DNA of 64,000 bases from an uncultured candidate division Zixibacteria bacterium. GTDB taxonomy: Bacteria; Zixibacteria; MSB-5A5; GN15; FEB-12. Shown here in pieces: positions 30,204-40,622 of the stretch (the first letter of the stretch is position 1; each line of letters begins with the position of its first letter). A program made the translations under genes and the position numbers. The stretch covers positions 416,001-480,000 of the forward strand of contig OY760907.1 of NCBI GenBank assembly GCA_963664195.1. The letters run 5' to 3'. The notes below the pieces were generated by a model. That model worked only from the letters and a program-made list of their open reading frames with translations. It ran no database searches and had not been told where the DNA came from.

Positions 30204-31478
30204 ATGGCTGAATGTAAACCGGTCGAAAGTCAGATCAAAGCCGATACGTTGGTCGTCGGCGGCGGCATCGCCGGGATGACCACCGCCATCGAGACTGCCG
30301 AGGTTGGCAAGCATGTGATACTCCTGGAGAAACTACCGTCCATCGGCGGCCGTGTGTCGCGGATGTTCCAGTATTTCCCCAAACTGTGTCCCCCCACCTG
30401 CGGCATAGAAATCAACCTCAAGCGCATACGTGTCAATCCGTATATACGAGTGCTCACTCTCGCAGAGGTCACCAAGATCAGCGGTACCCCGGGTGACTAC
30501 GAGGTGGAAATCAAGCTCTCCCCGCGTTTTGTCAACGAAAAGTGCACCGCGTGCGGCGCCTGCGAAGAAGTTTGCGAGATCGAGCGCGACAATGATTTCA
30601 ATCTTGGCCTGGATAAAAGCAAGGCGATCTACCTGCCTCACCTTATGGCCTATCCGCCGAAGTATGTCGTTGACCCGGAATTCGCCGGCGACGAGCGCAT
30701 GAAGAAATGTGTCGAAGCCTGCGAGTACGACGCGATCGACCTCGACATGAAAGAACAGACGATCACGGCCAAAGTCGGCGCGGTGGTCTGGGCTACCGGC
30801 TGGAAGCCGTACGATGCGACCAAAATCGACAACCTCGGTTTCGGTCAGTATGATAACGTCATCACAAACGTCCAGATGGAGCGCTACGCCTCCTTCAACG
30901 GCCCGACCGAGGGTAAAATCGCTCGCCCGTCCGACGGCAAAGAAGTCACCAAAATCGGGTTCGTGCAGTGTGCCGGTTCCCGCGATGAGAACCATCTCCC
31001 CTATTGCTCCGCTGTCTGTTGCCTCGCCTCGATGAAGCAGGCCACGTATGTTCGCGAGCAGTATCCGGACGCCGAAATTCACCTCTTTTATATAGATGTG
31101 CGCTCACCCGGTAGAATGGAAGATTTCTACACCAAGGTGCAGGGCGACGAGAAGTTCTTCTTCCACCGCGGCAAAGTCGGCAAAATCACGGAGAACCCCG
31201 AAAACAAGAACGTGATTCTTGAGGCCGAGAATACGCTCACCGGCGAACTCACCAAGATGGAAGTGGATTTGGCCGTGCTGGCAACCGGCATGGTTCCGAA
31301 CAATGTTGATGATCCGCCGCCGGACACCGAACTGGATGAATACGGATTCATCGCGCCCGATACGGGCAAGGGTGTGATCGGCGCCGGCGTGGCCACACGT
31401 CCGCTTGATGTCGCCTCCTCAATCCAGGAAGCCACTGGCGCGGCCCTGAAAGCTATTAACATCAGCAAGAGGAGTTAA
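30204..31478 (+). CDS. qmoA: Quinone-interacting membrane-bound oxidoreductase subunit A (HdrA-like)
   Basis: GGGIAG FAD site, YFPKLCPPTCG, QCAGSRD, YCSAVCC; AAGGAG RBS; directly upstream of an HdrA-MvhD fusion. Confidence 0.92.
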   Translation: MAECKPVESQIKADTLVVGGGIAGMTTAIETAEVGKHVILLEKLPSIGGRVSRMFQYFPKLCPPTCGIEINLKRIRVNPYIRVLTLAEVTKISGTPGDYEVEIKLSPRFVNEKCTACGACEEVCEIERDNDFNLGLDKSKAIYLPHLMAYPPKYVVDPEFAGDERMKKCVEACEYDAIDLDMKEQTITAKVGAVVWATGWKPYDATKIDNLGFGQYDNVITNVQMERYASFNGPTEGKIARPSDGKEVTKIGFVQCAGSRDENHLPYCSAVCCLASMKQATYVREQYPDAEIHLFYIDVRSPGRMEDFYTKVQGDEKFFFHRGKVGKITENPENKNVILEAENTLTGELTKMEVDLAVLATGMVPNNVDDPPPDTELDEYGFIAPDTGKGVIGAGVATRPLDVASSIQEATGAALKAINISKRS

Positions 31479-31483
31479 GGGAC

Positions 31484-33736
31484 ATGGAACCGAAAATTGG
31501 TGTTTATATCTGTAAGGGCTGTGAGATCGGCAAGTCCCTTGATTGTGACAAGCTGGTCGAAACTGCCGGTGAAAGCGGCGCCGCCGTTAAAACCTGTCAT
31601 GACATTCTCTGCTCTGAGGCAGGTATTGCCCAGATCAAAGCTGATATCGAAAACGAGGGGCTCAATCGCGTTGTCGCCTGTGCCTGCTCAATCCGCGTCT
31701 TCCCGGAACTGTTTGATTTCGGTCCGGACGTGCTGGTCGACCGCACCGCTCTTCGCGAACACGTTGCCTGGTGTCACGAACCGAATGACGAAGATACCCA
31801 GGCGCTGGCCGAGGATTATGTCCGCATGGGCATCGCCAAGGTCAAGGCAACCGCTCCGCCGGAACCGCTGATCGAAGAGACCTCCAAGGACATCATGGTC
31901 GTTGGCGGCGGAATCACCGGTCTGACGGCTGCGAAGCAGGCTTCCCTCGCCGGTTACAAAGTAACGCTGGTCGAAAAGACCGACAAACTTGGTGGCTGGG
32001 CCACAAAGTTCAAAAAGGCTTTCCCGAAACATCCGCCGTATGAACAGCTCGAAGACACTGGCTGCGAGGGCTTGATCAAAGAAGTCGAAGCCGATGACAA
32101 CATCACAATCCACACGTCCACCACGGTTAAAAAGACTGCCGGCCAGCCCGGTCAGTTTGCAGTCGACCTGGCGAACGGCAACGGCGGCAAAGAGCTGACG
32201 GTCGGTTCTATCGTTCTGGCCACCGGTTGGAAACCGTACGATCCGGAAAAGCTGAGCCATCTAGGCTACGGTTCCTCGCCGGATATCGTCACGAATATCC
32301 AGATGGAAGAAATGGTGCAGAACGGCGGTATCAAGCGGCCGTCGGACGGCAAGCCGATCGATAGCATCGCTTTCATCCAGTGTGCCGGCTCCCGCGATCA
32401 GGATCATCTCCCTTACTGTTCCTCGGTCTGCTGCCGCGTTTCGCTGAAGCAGGCGATGTATGTCCGGGAGCAGTATCCGGACGCCAAGGTGTACGTGATC
32501 TACAAAGACCTCCGCTCGCCGGCCCAGTACGAGAAGTTCTATGCGACCGTACAGAACGACGAAGGCTTCTTCTTCACCAAGGGCGAGATTGCTTCGGTCG
32601 AAAAGACTGAAGACGGTAAGATTGCAGTCGATGTCGAAGAAACCCTGCTGGGCGAAGACATCCAGGTGAAAGCCGACATGGTTGTCCTGGCAACCGGTAT
32701 GGTTCCCACAACGAAGGTCGAGGAGCTCGAGGCTCCGGCCGAAGGCGAAGAAGCTGCTGAGGGAGCCGAGGAAGCTGCCGGCGCAGGCGAAACCGCCGAT
32801 GGCAAGAAAGAAGCCGAGAGCGCTCAGGTCGGGGCCAAGATTCTGAACCTGAGTTATCGTCAGGGTACGGACCTTCCGACTCTCAAGTACGGTTTCCCGG
32901 ATTCTCACTTCATCTGTTTCCCGTACGAGACCCAGCGTACCGGCATCTATGCCGCCGGTTGTGTCAGGGCGCCGCAGGATATGGCAACGGCGATATCCGA
33001 CGCTCACGGTGCCGCGCTGAAGTCAATCCAGGCCGTGGAATCCATCTCCCAGGGCAAGGCGGTTCACCCGCGTGCCGGAGATTTGAGCTATCCGGAATTC
33101 TTCATGCAGAGATGCACCCAGTGCAAGCGCTGTACCGAGGAATGCCCGTTTGGCGCGCTCGACGAGGACGAGAAAGGCACACCGAAGCCAAACCTGCTCC
33201 GCTGCCGTCGCTGCGGCGTCTGCATGGGTGCCTGTCCGGAACGTATCGTCTCCTTCAAGAACTACGGCGTCAACATGATCTCCCAGATGATTAAGGTGAT
33301 CGACGTGCCGGACGAGTTCGAGGAGAAACCGAGGATTCTGGCTTTTGTGTGTGAAAACGACGCCTTGCCGTCGGTCGACATGGCCGGCATCAAGCGTTTG
33401 AAATACAATTCCATGGTTCGCATCATTCCGCTGCGCTGCCTCGGTTCGATGAACACGGTCTGGATCAGTGACGCTCTGGCGTCGGGATTCGACGGTGTCA
33501 TTCTGATCGGCTGCAAGAAAGGGGATGACTACCAGTGCCACTTCGTACGCGGCAGTGAGTTGGCCAGTTATCGAATGGACAATGTCCGCGAGAAGCTGAA
33601 ACAACTCGTGCTCGAAGAAGAGCGGGTGGAAATCCATGAACTGGCGATTACAGACTACCAGAAGATTCCGAAAATCTTCGATGACTTCCTGGAGGTCATG
33701 GATACAGTCGGTCCGAACCCGTACAAGGACATGTAA
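31484..33736 (+). CDS. qmoB: Qmo subunit B (HdrA-like + 2x[4Fe-4S] + MvhD domain)
   Basis: QCAGSRD, YGFPDSHFICFPYET, CTQCKRCTEECPFG, CRRCGVCMGACP, C-terminal CENDA...RCLG...GDDYQCHF. Confidence 0.94.
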   Translation: MEPKIGVYICKGCEIGKSLDCDKLVETAGESGAAVKTCHDILCSEAGIAQIKADIENEGLNRVVACACSIRVFPELFDFGPDVLVDRTALREHVAWCHEPNDEDTQALAEDYVRMGIAKVKATAPPEPLIEETSKDIMVVGGGITGLTAAKQASLAGYKVTLVEKTDKLGGWATKFKKAFPKHPPYEQLEDTGCEGLIKEVEADDNITIHTSTTVKKTAGQPGQFAVDLANGNGGKELTVGSIVLATGWKPYDPEKLSHLGYGSSPDIVTNIQMEEMVQNGGIKRPSDGKPIDSIAFIQCAGSRDQDHLPYCSSVCCRVSLKQAMYVREQYPDAKVYVIYKDLRSPAQYEKFYATVQNDEGFFFTKGEIASVEKTEDGKIAVDVEETLLGEDIQVKADMVVLATGMVPTTKVEELEAPAEGEEAAEGAEEAAGAGETADGKKEAESAQVGAKILNLSYRQGTDLPTLKYGFPDSHFICFPYETQRTGIYAAGCVRAPQDMATAISDAHGAALKSIQAVESISQGKAVHPRAGDLSYPEFFMQRCTQCKRCTEECPFGALDEDEKGTPKPNLLRCRRCGVCMGACPERIVSFKNYGVNMISQMIKVIDVPDEFEEKPRILAFVCENDALPSVDMAGIKRLKYNSMVRIIPLRCLGSMNTVWISDALASGFDGVILIGCKKGDDYQCHFVRGSELASYRMDNVREKLKQLVLEEERVEIHELAITDYQKIPKIFDDFLEVMDTVGPNPYKDM

Positions 33737-33762
33737 TCGACTGGTTAACAGTAGATTGTCTG

Positions 33763-33795
33763 AGAGGCCCCCGAATTCCGGGGGCCTCTTTTTTT
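33763..33795 (+). terminator. Rho-independent terminator after qmoB
   Basis: Stem AGAGGCCCCCG/CGGGGGCCTCT followed by a T run. Confidence 0.85.
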
Positions 33796-34178
33796 GACTG
33801 GCGATACATCTCGGATGGTCTCCCAGCGCTCACGGATAGACGCAGAATCGTGGCGTTGCTTCGTAGCGCAGGTCTGTCTTCATACCTGCGCCACTAATAG
33901 GGAAACTCTCTCGATTCATCACGAGGAAACGCCCCGAAACAGCTCGACAACGACCAGTCGATTCCATCCCGTCAAAATCTGGCATGAAACGGTATGATTA
34001 TACAATACTTTTTCGTATTCGTTTTGCGCCTATGGGGCGAATCGCACGCGAGTGAGGAGTTTAAGCGCACTGTAATGCACTGTATTTATTACACTTACGG
34101 AAGTGTGTGAAATAGTTGGACCGTTTGACGACATATTACGTAGAAAAGGGAGATAAAGAAAAATTTCACATTTTCCGC

Positions 34179-34234
34179 TTGACAGTGACGGCCAAAAGCG
34201 TTAGAAATTATGGGGATAGTGAAATTTGTAACTA
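34179..34234 (+). promoter_or_regulatory. Sigma70-type promoter and Rex-like operator for the dsrAB operon
   Basis: TTGACA(34179)-17-TAGAAA; TAGTGAA-ATTT-GTAACTA at 34217-34234; AT-rich region. Confidence 0.6.
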
Positions 34235-34375
34235 AGTCGGTTGTAATAGGTAATTACCCGCTAATGAGGTCATTCTTTCGATGATTTCCCTCACTATCAT
34301 AGACTCTGAGCACGCCGAATCGGTCAAGTGTACAAATACGACTTATTTAAAGATATACCAGCAACTTAAGGAGAT

Positions 34376-35587
34376 ATGATGGCAGAATTCCCAAAAACTC
34401 CAATGCTTGACGAGCTCGAAAAAGGCAAATGGCCGAGCTTCGTCACGGAAATCAAAATGGCCGGCAAAGAGAACGCTATGTGTCGTGATCTTCTCGGTCA
34501 GTTGGAGCAGTCCTATCGCGAGAAGGTTGGTCACTGGAAGCACGGCGGTATCGTCGGTGTAATGGGTTACGGCGGCGGCGTTATCGGTCGTTACTCAGAC
34601 TTGAACGAAGAGTGGCCGGCTGTTTCCCATTTCCACACCCTCCGCGTTAACCAGCCGGCTGGTTGGTTTTACACCAGTGAAGCCCTCCGCAAACTCTGTA
34701 ACATTTGGGAAAAGCACGGTTCCGGCCTGACCAACATGCACGGTTCAACCGGCGACATCGTCTTCCTCGGCACGCGTACTGAAGAGCTGGAGCCGATTTT
34801 TGACGAGCTGATGAAGATCGACTTCGATCTTGGTGGATCCGGTTCCGACGTTCGCACCCCCAGCTGCTGCTGCGGTATGGCTCGTTGCGAATGGGCTTGT
34901 TATGACACCATGGCTGCCTGTCAGGACTTCACCATGAGCTATCAGGACGAGTTGCACCGTCCGGCCTTCCCGTACAAGTTCAAGTTCAAATTCTCGGGTT
35001 GTCCGAACGACTGTGTTGCCTCAATAGCCCGTTCTGACCTTTCTATCATCGGTACCTGGCGTGACGAGATCCAGATCGACAAGGCTGCCGTCAAGGAATA
35101 CGCCGACGGTGGCATGGACATCGTTGATGATGTAGTCGTCAACTGCCCCGGCAAGTGCATCAAGTGGGACGGTACGAATCTGGAAATCGACGACAGCTCC
35201 TGCCGTCACTGCATGCACTGCATCAACGTTATGCCGAAGGCACTTCGCCCCGGCAAAGACCGCGGTGCCACAATCCTGATCGGCGCCAAGGCTCCGATCG
35301 TTGAAGGCGCTTTGCTCGCCTCAGTGTTGATTCCGTTCATCAAGATGGAAGCTCCGTACCAGGAACTCAAAGACCTCGTTGAAAACATGTGGGATGTCTG
35401 GTGCGAAGAAGGTAAAAACCGTGAACGTATCGGCGAGTTTATCCAGCGCGTAGGCCTGGGTAATTTCCTGGATGCCATCGACATGGAGCCAGTCGCTGAG
35501 ATGGTCGCGCACCCGCGCGAGAATCCTTACATCTTCTACGAAGAGTACTTCGATGAAGACGGTGACGAGGAAGAAGAAGAAGAATAA
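34376..35587 (+). CDS. dsrA: Dissimilatory sulfite reductase alpha subunit
   Basis: [27 protein letters not shown], siroheme/FeS ligands CCGMARC...[15 protein letters not shown]. The start may be ATG 34379. Confidence 0.98.
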   Translation: MMAEFPKTPMLDELEKGKWPSFVTEIKMAGKENAMCRDLLGQLEQSYREKVGHWKHGGIVGVMGYGGGVIGRYSDLNEEWPAVSHFHTLRVNQPAGWFYTSEALRKLCNIWEKHGSGLTNMHGSTGDIVFLGTRTEELEPIFDELMKIDFDLGGSGSDVRTPSCCCGMARCEWACYDTMAACQDFTMSYQDELHRPAFPYKFKFKFSGCPNDCVASIARSDLSIIGTWRDEIQIDKAAVKEYADGGMDIVDDVVVNCPGKCIKWDGTNLEIDDSSCRHCMHCINVMPKALRPGKDRGATILIGAKAPIVEGALLASVLIPFIKMEAPYQELKDLVENMWDVWCEEGKNRERIGEFIQRVGLGNFLDAIDMEPVAEMVAHPRENPYIFYEEYFDEDGDEEEEEE

Positions 35588-35628
35588 GTGATTCACGGAA
35601 AAACGAACATTATTAGAGGTATATAGAC

Positions 35629-36711
35629 ATGGCAGAAGCAAAACAGGAAAGACGGACCGATTTTGGCCCACCACATTATGAGCAGTTCTTGCCGCCGGTC
35701 ATCAAAGACAACTACGGCAAGTGGAAGTATCATGAGATCCTGAAACCGGGCGTTCTTTGTCACACTTCCGAAAGCGGCGCCAAGCTGTACTCGGTGCGTG
35801 CTGCGTCCGCGAGACTCCTGAGCATCCAGAAGATTCGCATGTACTGCGATCTGGCAGACAAGTACTGTGGCGGTCATCTTCGTTTCACGAGCCGTCACAA
35901 CGTCGAGTTCCTTACCGACAAGGCAGAGAACGTCGATCTGCTGATCAAAGACCTGGCTGCAATCGGCCACCCGGTCGGTGGTGTCGGCAATGCAATCTCC
36001 AGCATCGTTCATACGCAGGGCTGGGTTCACTGTCACTCTGCTGCGACCGATGCTTCCGGTGTCGTCAAGGCTACGATGGATGAGCTGAGCGAGTATTTTG
36101 AGAAGATGATACTGCCGGGCAAGCTGAGAATCGCTTTAGCCTGCTGCCTTAACATGTGCGGTGCGGTACACTGCTCGGATATCGCTATCCTGGGTATTCA
36201 CCGTCGCCCGCCGAAAATCGATCACGCCAAACTGAACAAGATCTGTGAAATCCCGAACCTGTCTGCCTCCTGCCCGACCGCGGCTATCCGCCCGGCCGAG
36301 GTTGATGGCAACCCGTCGGTTGAAGTCATAGAAGAACAGTGTATGTTCTGCGCCAACTGTTACACGGTTTGCCCGGCAATGCCGCTGGCCGACCCGCTTA
36401 ACGACGGCGTCTCGATCTGGATTGGTGGCAAGGTGTCCAACGCCCGCCACGAGCCCATGTTCTCCAAGCTGGCTATCCCGTTCATTGCGAACAACCCGCC
36501 GCGCTGGCCCGAAGTCACCGATGCTGTCAAGAATCTGGTGGAGCTCTGGGCTGCCAACGCCCGCAAGTACGAAAGAATGGGTGAGTGGATCGAGCGTATC
36601 GGTTGGCCGAAGTTCTTCAGAATGTCTGGAATCGAATTCCAGAAGGAACATATTGATGACTTCAAGCACGCCGGACTCACGTTTAAGCGTTCGACACATA
36701 TTACTTTCTAA
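35629..36711 (+). CDS. dsrB: Dissimilatory sulfite reductase beta subunit
   Basis: [51 protein letters not shown]. Confidence 0.98.
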   Translation: MAEAKQERRTDFGPPHYEQFLPPVIKDNYGKWKYHEILKPGVLCHTSESGAKLYSVRAASARLLSIQKIRMYCDLADKYCGGHLRFTSRHNVEFLTDKAENVDLLIKDLAAIGHPVGGVGNAISSIVHTQGWVHCHSAATDASGVVKATMDELSEYFEKMILPGKLRIALACCLNMCGAVHCSDIAILGIHRRPPKIDHAKLNKICEIPNLSASCPTAAIRPAEVDGNPSVEVIEEQCMFCANCYTVCPAMPLADPLNDGVSIWIGGKVSNARHEPMFSKLAIPFIANNPPRWPEVTDAVKNLVELWAANARKYERMGEWIERIGWPKFFRMSGIEFQKEHIDDFKHAGLTFKRSTHITF

Positions 36712-36721
36712 GGGGTACGAT

Positions 36722-36967
36722 TTGGCAAAGACTCCAGAAGAAATCGCAGACGCCATCTTCACGATGGTCAAGGACGCCTACGGCGTCAAGAAGTACAAAC
36801 CCATGGACCTCACCAAAGCTATGGTTCAGATGTATGGTGATGACGTGGACAAAAAGACTTGCAAAGAAGCTATCAAATTGCTGGTCAACTCAGGAAGATG
36901 TGTTTACACATATTTCGGTGGTAGCTTCCTCGAAATCCCGCACAAAGAAGGTGCCGCTAACGACTAG
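36722..36967 (+). CDS. dsrD: DsrD (winged-helix DsrAB activator)
   Basis: 81 aa from TTG 36722, immediately after dsrB; KKYKPMDL...CKEAIKLLVNSGRCVYTYFGGS resembles DsrD. Confidence 0.75.
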   Translation: MAKTPEEIADAIFTMVKDAYGVKKYKPMDLTKAMVQMYGDDVDKKTCKEAIKLLVNSGRCVYTYFGGSFLEIPHKEGAAND

Positions 36968-36992
36968 AGGCAAGTCTAAAGGTATTGTCCAT

Positions 36993-38462
36993 ATGGGTAC
37001 TGAAATTCCCCGGCTGGTAATCGCCGGCTTATCGGGAGATTCAGGTAAGACAATAGTCAGTAGCTCCCTTCTGTCTGTTCTCAGGCAGAAGGGGGTTTCT
37101 ATGTCTGTATTCAAGAAAGGGCCGGACTATATTGACGCCGCCTGGCTTGCCGCCTTCGGCCGATCAGTTTGCCGCAATCTTGACACCTATATGGTCGATC
37201 CAGCAACTGTTTATGAGACCTTCGCTGTTCACGCCGCCCAATCCGACCTGGCCATTATCGAGGGCAATCGGGGGCTTTTCGACGGCCGTGATATCGAAGG
37301 CACCAACAGCACGGCCGAGCTGGCTAAGATGCTGAAAGCTCCGGTTGTGCTCGTCGTTGATACTACCAAGACCACACGCACTGTTGCAGCCATTGTTAAG
37401 GGCTGTGCGACTTTTGATCCTGATGTCGAAATCGCGGGTGTAATCCTGAACCGAGTCGCAGGAAAACGACACCAGCGAGTTGTGACCGAATCCATAGAAA
37501 AGTATTGCGACCTCCCTGTGTTGGGAGCGCTGCCCAAACTAGGCGCCAACAACCAGCTCATCCCCAGTCGGCACCTTGGATTGGTGACCCCGGCGGAATT
37601 CGGCGAGGATTCGGCACTCGACGCTCGCATGCGAGACATTGCCGAAAAATACCTCGACATCGACAGACTGCTGAAGATCGCACGTAGCGCGGAACTGCTC
37701 GAGGTTCCCCTGCAGAAAAAGCCGACCAAAACGGGACCGACAGTAAGAATTGGTTACTTCCGTGATCCGGTATTTACATTTTATTACCCGGAGAATCTCG
37801 AGGCCCTAGATGCACAGGGAGCCGAGCTGGTTCCGATCTCATCCCTGGATGACTCTTCCCTTCCTGCAATCGACGCCCTGTATATCGGCGGCGGATTCCC
37901 GGAAACGCATGCCGAACGGCTGGCCGGGAACCGTGCGATGATGCAGTCGGTGAAGGACGCCGCCGAGAACGACCTTCCGGTTTACGCCGAATGCGGCGGT
38001 TTGATATATCTGTCACGTTCGATTACTTGGGGCGCACGCACACACAAGATGGCCGGATTGTTCAGTATTGACCTGAAAATGAACAGCAAACCGGTCGGCC
38101 ACGGGTACACAAAGGCAAAAATTGATAGATCGAACCCGTTTTTCAGCGTCGGTAGTATTGTCAAAGGACATGAATTCCATTATTCTGGCAAAGTGACAGA
38201 AGAGACTGAAGAAGCAACTTGCATGAGTATGGAGACCGGCGTGGGACTTGGCGACAGCAGAGACGGGCTGATGTACAAAAACAGCTTGGCCTGTTATACG
38301 CATGTTCATGCCGACGGGGTTCGGGATTGGGCCGCAGCAATGGTTAACGCCGCACGGCGGTACCGCTCGGCTGAGGCCGGACAAGAGAATACGAAGTTTA
38401 GGAATACTGATAATACAGGGCACGAAACTGGCCCGGGTGATTTAGCTTTCGCCGGTGTGTGA
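36993..38462 (+). CDS. dsrN: Siroheme amidase DsrN (CbiA/CobB family)
   Basis: SGDSGKT, KKGPDYID, EGNRGLFDG, FYYPENLE, AECGG, GHEFHYS; located in the dsr operon. Confidence 0.88.
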   Translation: MGTEIPRLVIAGLSGDSGKTIVSSSLLSVLRQKGVSMSVFKKGPDYIDAAWLAAFGRSVCRNLDTYMVDPATVYETFAVHAAQSDLAIIEGNRGLFDGRDIEGTNSTAELAKMLKAPVVLVVDTTKTTRTVAAIVKGCATFDPDVEIAGVILNRVAGKRHQRVVTESIEKYCDLPVLGALPKLGANNQLIPSRHLGLVTPAEFGEDSALDARMRDIAEKYLDIDRLLKIARSAELLEVPLQKKPTKTGPTVRIGYFRDPVFTFYYPENLEALDAQGAELVPISSLDDSSLPAIDALYIGGGFPETHAERLAGNRAMMQSVKDAAENDLPVYAECGGLIYLSRSITWGARTHKMAGLFSIDLKMNSKPVGHGYTKAKIDRSNPFFSVGSIVKGHEFHYSGKVTEETEEATCMSMETGVGLGDSRDGLMYKNSLACYTHVHADGVRDWAAAMVNAARRYRSAEAGQENTKFRNTDNTGHETGPGDLAFAGV

Positions 38463-38501
38463 CACTGAGAAGGCTGCACTTAACAGCAAGCGAGAAACAA
38501 C

Positions 38502-40187
38502 ATGGCAAAGGTTGTCAAGAAAAAGAAGAAGGGTCTGAAGAGCCTTCGAAGCTCGGGTGGCTCGAGCGTCGAAACTTCGCCGTTGAGACCGCAATGGGTG
38601 GAAAAACGACCTCCCTGTGGAGACAACTGCCCCAACCACAATCAAATCAGAAAGATGCTGGTGACGATCCAGAAGGCCGAAGCGTACGAAAAACCGTATG
38701 ACCAGGCTTTTGAAGAAGCGTTCCAGATTTTTGCCGAAACGACTCCCTTCCCCTCCGTTTGTGGCCGCATCTGTCCGCATCCGTGCGAAACAGAGTGCAA
38801 CCGCAAGGAGAAAGAAGGATCGGTCAGCATCAATAAGGTCGAGCGGTTCATCGGTGACTACGCCCTTGAAAAAGGGATTAAGCCGAAGAAACTCACCGAG
38901 GATGTGCGCTCCGAGAAAATCGCAGTCGTAGGTTCCGGCCCCGGCGGCATCTCCTGTGCCTATCATTTGGCTCGTCGAGGCTATCCCGTCACGGTATTCG
39001 AGGCTTTCCCGAAAACCGGCGGTATGCTCCGCTACGGCATCCCGAACTACCGTCTGCCGCAGAACATTCTTGATGCTGAAATCAAGCGCGTGGAGGACAT
39101 GGGAGTCGAGATCAAAGTCAACACTGCTGTTGGCACCGACATCTCCATGGACGACATACGCAAAGAGTACAAAGCGACATTCGTGTCCATCGGCGCCCAT
39201 AAGGGTCGGCTGCTTCGCATTGACGGCGAGGACGCCCCGAACGTCTGGACCGGCACCGACTTCCTACACAAGGTAAATGTCGGTGAAGCTGTCGAAGTCG
39301 GCGACAACGTAGTGGTCGTTGGTGGCGGTGACACTGCTATCGATGCCGCTCGCATGGCCCGTCGTCTCGGCGCCAACGCGACGATACTGTATCGTCGCAC
39401 GAAAGAAGAAATGCCGGCTATCGACGAGGAGATCACCGGCGCTGAAGAAGAGGGCGTCAAAATCGACTTCCTTGCCGCTCCGCTGGAGATATACTCCGAG
39501 AACGGCAAAGCGACCGGCATGAAGTGCCAGCGCATGGAACTCGGTGAGCCGGATTCGTCCGGACGTCGTCGGCCGGTACCGGTCGAAGGCGATACCTTTG
39601 ATCTGCCGTTCACGACTCTGATCGCCGCAATCTCCCAGGCCCCGAATTTCAATGGCTTTGAAGACATGATTGAAGGCAAGGACTGGTTCAAAGTCGACGA
39701 GACGATGAAGTCTGCCAAGGGCGAGGCTACATTCGCCGGCGGTGACGATATCAATCTCGGTCTTGTCATTGACGCGATCTATCACGGCCGTATGGCAGCC
39801 AACGGCATTCACCAGATGATTACCGGTGAAGAGATGCCGTTCCATCCGCCGGAAATGGGTATCATCAGGTTCGACAAGATGAAGTTGAGCCACTATGATG
39901 CCATCGAGCGGACCAAACCGGCAGAGATGGGTGTTGCGGAACGTCTGGCGGACAAGGACGCTGAAATCGTGGCCGTGTTGCCGCAGGAGGATGCGATCCA
40001 GGAGTCAAAACGCTGCATGAGCTGTGGTCACTGCTTCGACTGCGGCAACTGCTGGAGTTTCTGCCAGGATAACGCAGTCATCAAACCGCTGGTCAAGGGT
40101 GAACCCTACAAGTTCAAACTTGAATACTGCAACGGCTGTAAAAAGTGTGCGGAAAATTGCCCGTGCGGTTACATAGAAATGCATTAA
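38502..40187 (+). CDS. dsrL: DsrL iron-sulfur flavoprotein (YRR motif, DsrL-2-like)
   Basis: LRPQWVEKRPPC...CP, CGRICPHPCETEC, GSGPGG, GGGDTA, LYRRT, C-terminal CMSCGHCFDCGNC and CNGCKKCAENCPCG; lies between dsrN and dsrC. Confidence 0.88.
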   Translation: MAKVVKKKKKGLKSLRSSGGSSVETSPLRPQWVEKRPPCGDNCPNHNQIRKMLVTIQKAEAYEKPYDQAFEEAFQIFAETTPFPSVCGRICPHPCETECNRKEKEGSVSINKVERFIGDYALEKGIKPKKLTEDVRSEKIAVVGSGPGGISCAYHLARRGYPVTVFEAFPKTGGMLRYGIPNYRLPQNILDAEIKRVEDMGVEIKVNTAVGTDISMDDIRKEYKATFVSIGAHKGRLLRIDGEDAPNVWTGTDFLHKVNVGEAVEVGDNVVVVGGGDTAIDAARMARRLGANATILYRRTKEEMPAIDEEITGAEEEGVKIDFLAAPLEIYSENGKATGMKCQRMELGEPDSSGRRRPVPVEGDTFDLPFTTLIAAISQAPNFNGFEDMIEGKDWFKVDETMKSAKGEATFAGGDDINLGLVIDAIYHGRMAANGIHQMITGEEMPFHPPEMGIIRFDKMKLSHYDAIERTKPAEMGVAERLADKDAEIVAVLPQEDAIQESKRCMSCGHCFDCGNCWSFCQDNAVIKPLVKGEPYKFKLEYCNGCKKCAENCPCGYIEMH

Positions 40188-40245
40188 CGTAAGATTTGCG
40201 ATAACAATACTAACTGACACTTAGTAACAAAACGAAGGAGCTGAC

Positions 40246-40563
40246 ATGGCTATATTCGAAAAAGGCGACATCAAAATCGATGTCGATGAAGATGGATTCA
40301 TGGAAGAGCCGGAACAGTGGTCCGAGGCCGTTGCTATTGCCCTCGCCACTACTGAAGGCGTCGAAGAGATGACCGAAGAACATTGGAAACTGGTCAACTA
40401 TCTTCGGGAATACTACACCAAGTTTGGTATTGCCCCGATGATCCGCAAGCTGTGCAAAGAGACCGGCTTCCCGCTGAAGAAGGTCTACGAACTGTTCCCG
40501 TCAGGCCCGGCGAAAGGTGCCTGTAAGGTTGCTGGTCTGGCCAAGCCGACCGGTTGCGTGTAA
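40246..40563 (+). CDS. dsrC: DsrC sulfur carrier
   Basis: VDEDGF, LFPSGP, both C-terminal cysteines in CKVAGLAKPTGCV (CX10C). Confidence 0.97.
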   Translation: MAIFEKGDIKIDVDEDGFMEEPEQWSEAVAIALATTEGVEEMTEEHWKLVNYLREYYTKFGIAPMIRKLCKETGFPLKKVYELFPSGPAKGACKVAGLAKPTGCV

Positions 40564-40588
40564 GCAACGAGATCGACTAGCAGAACAT

Positions 40589-40622
40589 CCGGAGAGACAC
40601 AGGTCTCTCCGGTTTTTTTTTT
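40589..40622 (+). terminator. Rho-independent terminator after dsrC
   Basis: Stem CCGGAGAGAC/GTCTCTCCGG followed by T10. Confidence 0.9.

Noticed and set aside
30960..32480. DNA similarity between qmoA and qmoB as a recent duplication or assembly error
   Set aside because: Expected paralogy of HdrA-like QCAGSRD regions, with synonymous differences.
36422..36721. N-terminal part of the 181-aa track ORF
   Set aside because: Overlaps dsrB out of frame; only the part from TTG 36722 resembles DsrD.
36993..38462. Cobalamin biosynthesis (cbiA/cobB)
   Set aside because: No other cbi or cob ring-modification genes nearby; the position in the dsr operon fits DsrN.
38502..40187. Glutamate synthase small subunit (gltD)
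   Set aside because: No gltB nearby; the C-terminal ferredoxin and dsr context fit DsrL.
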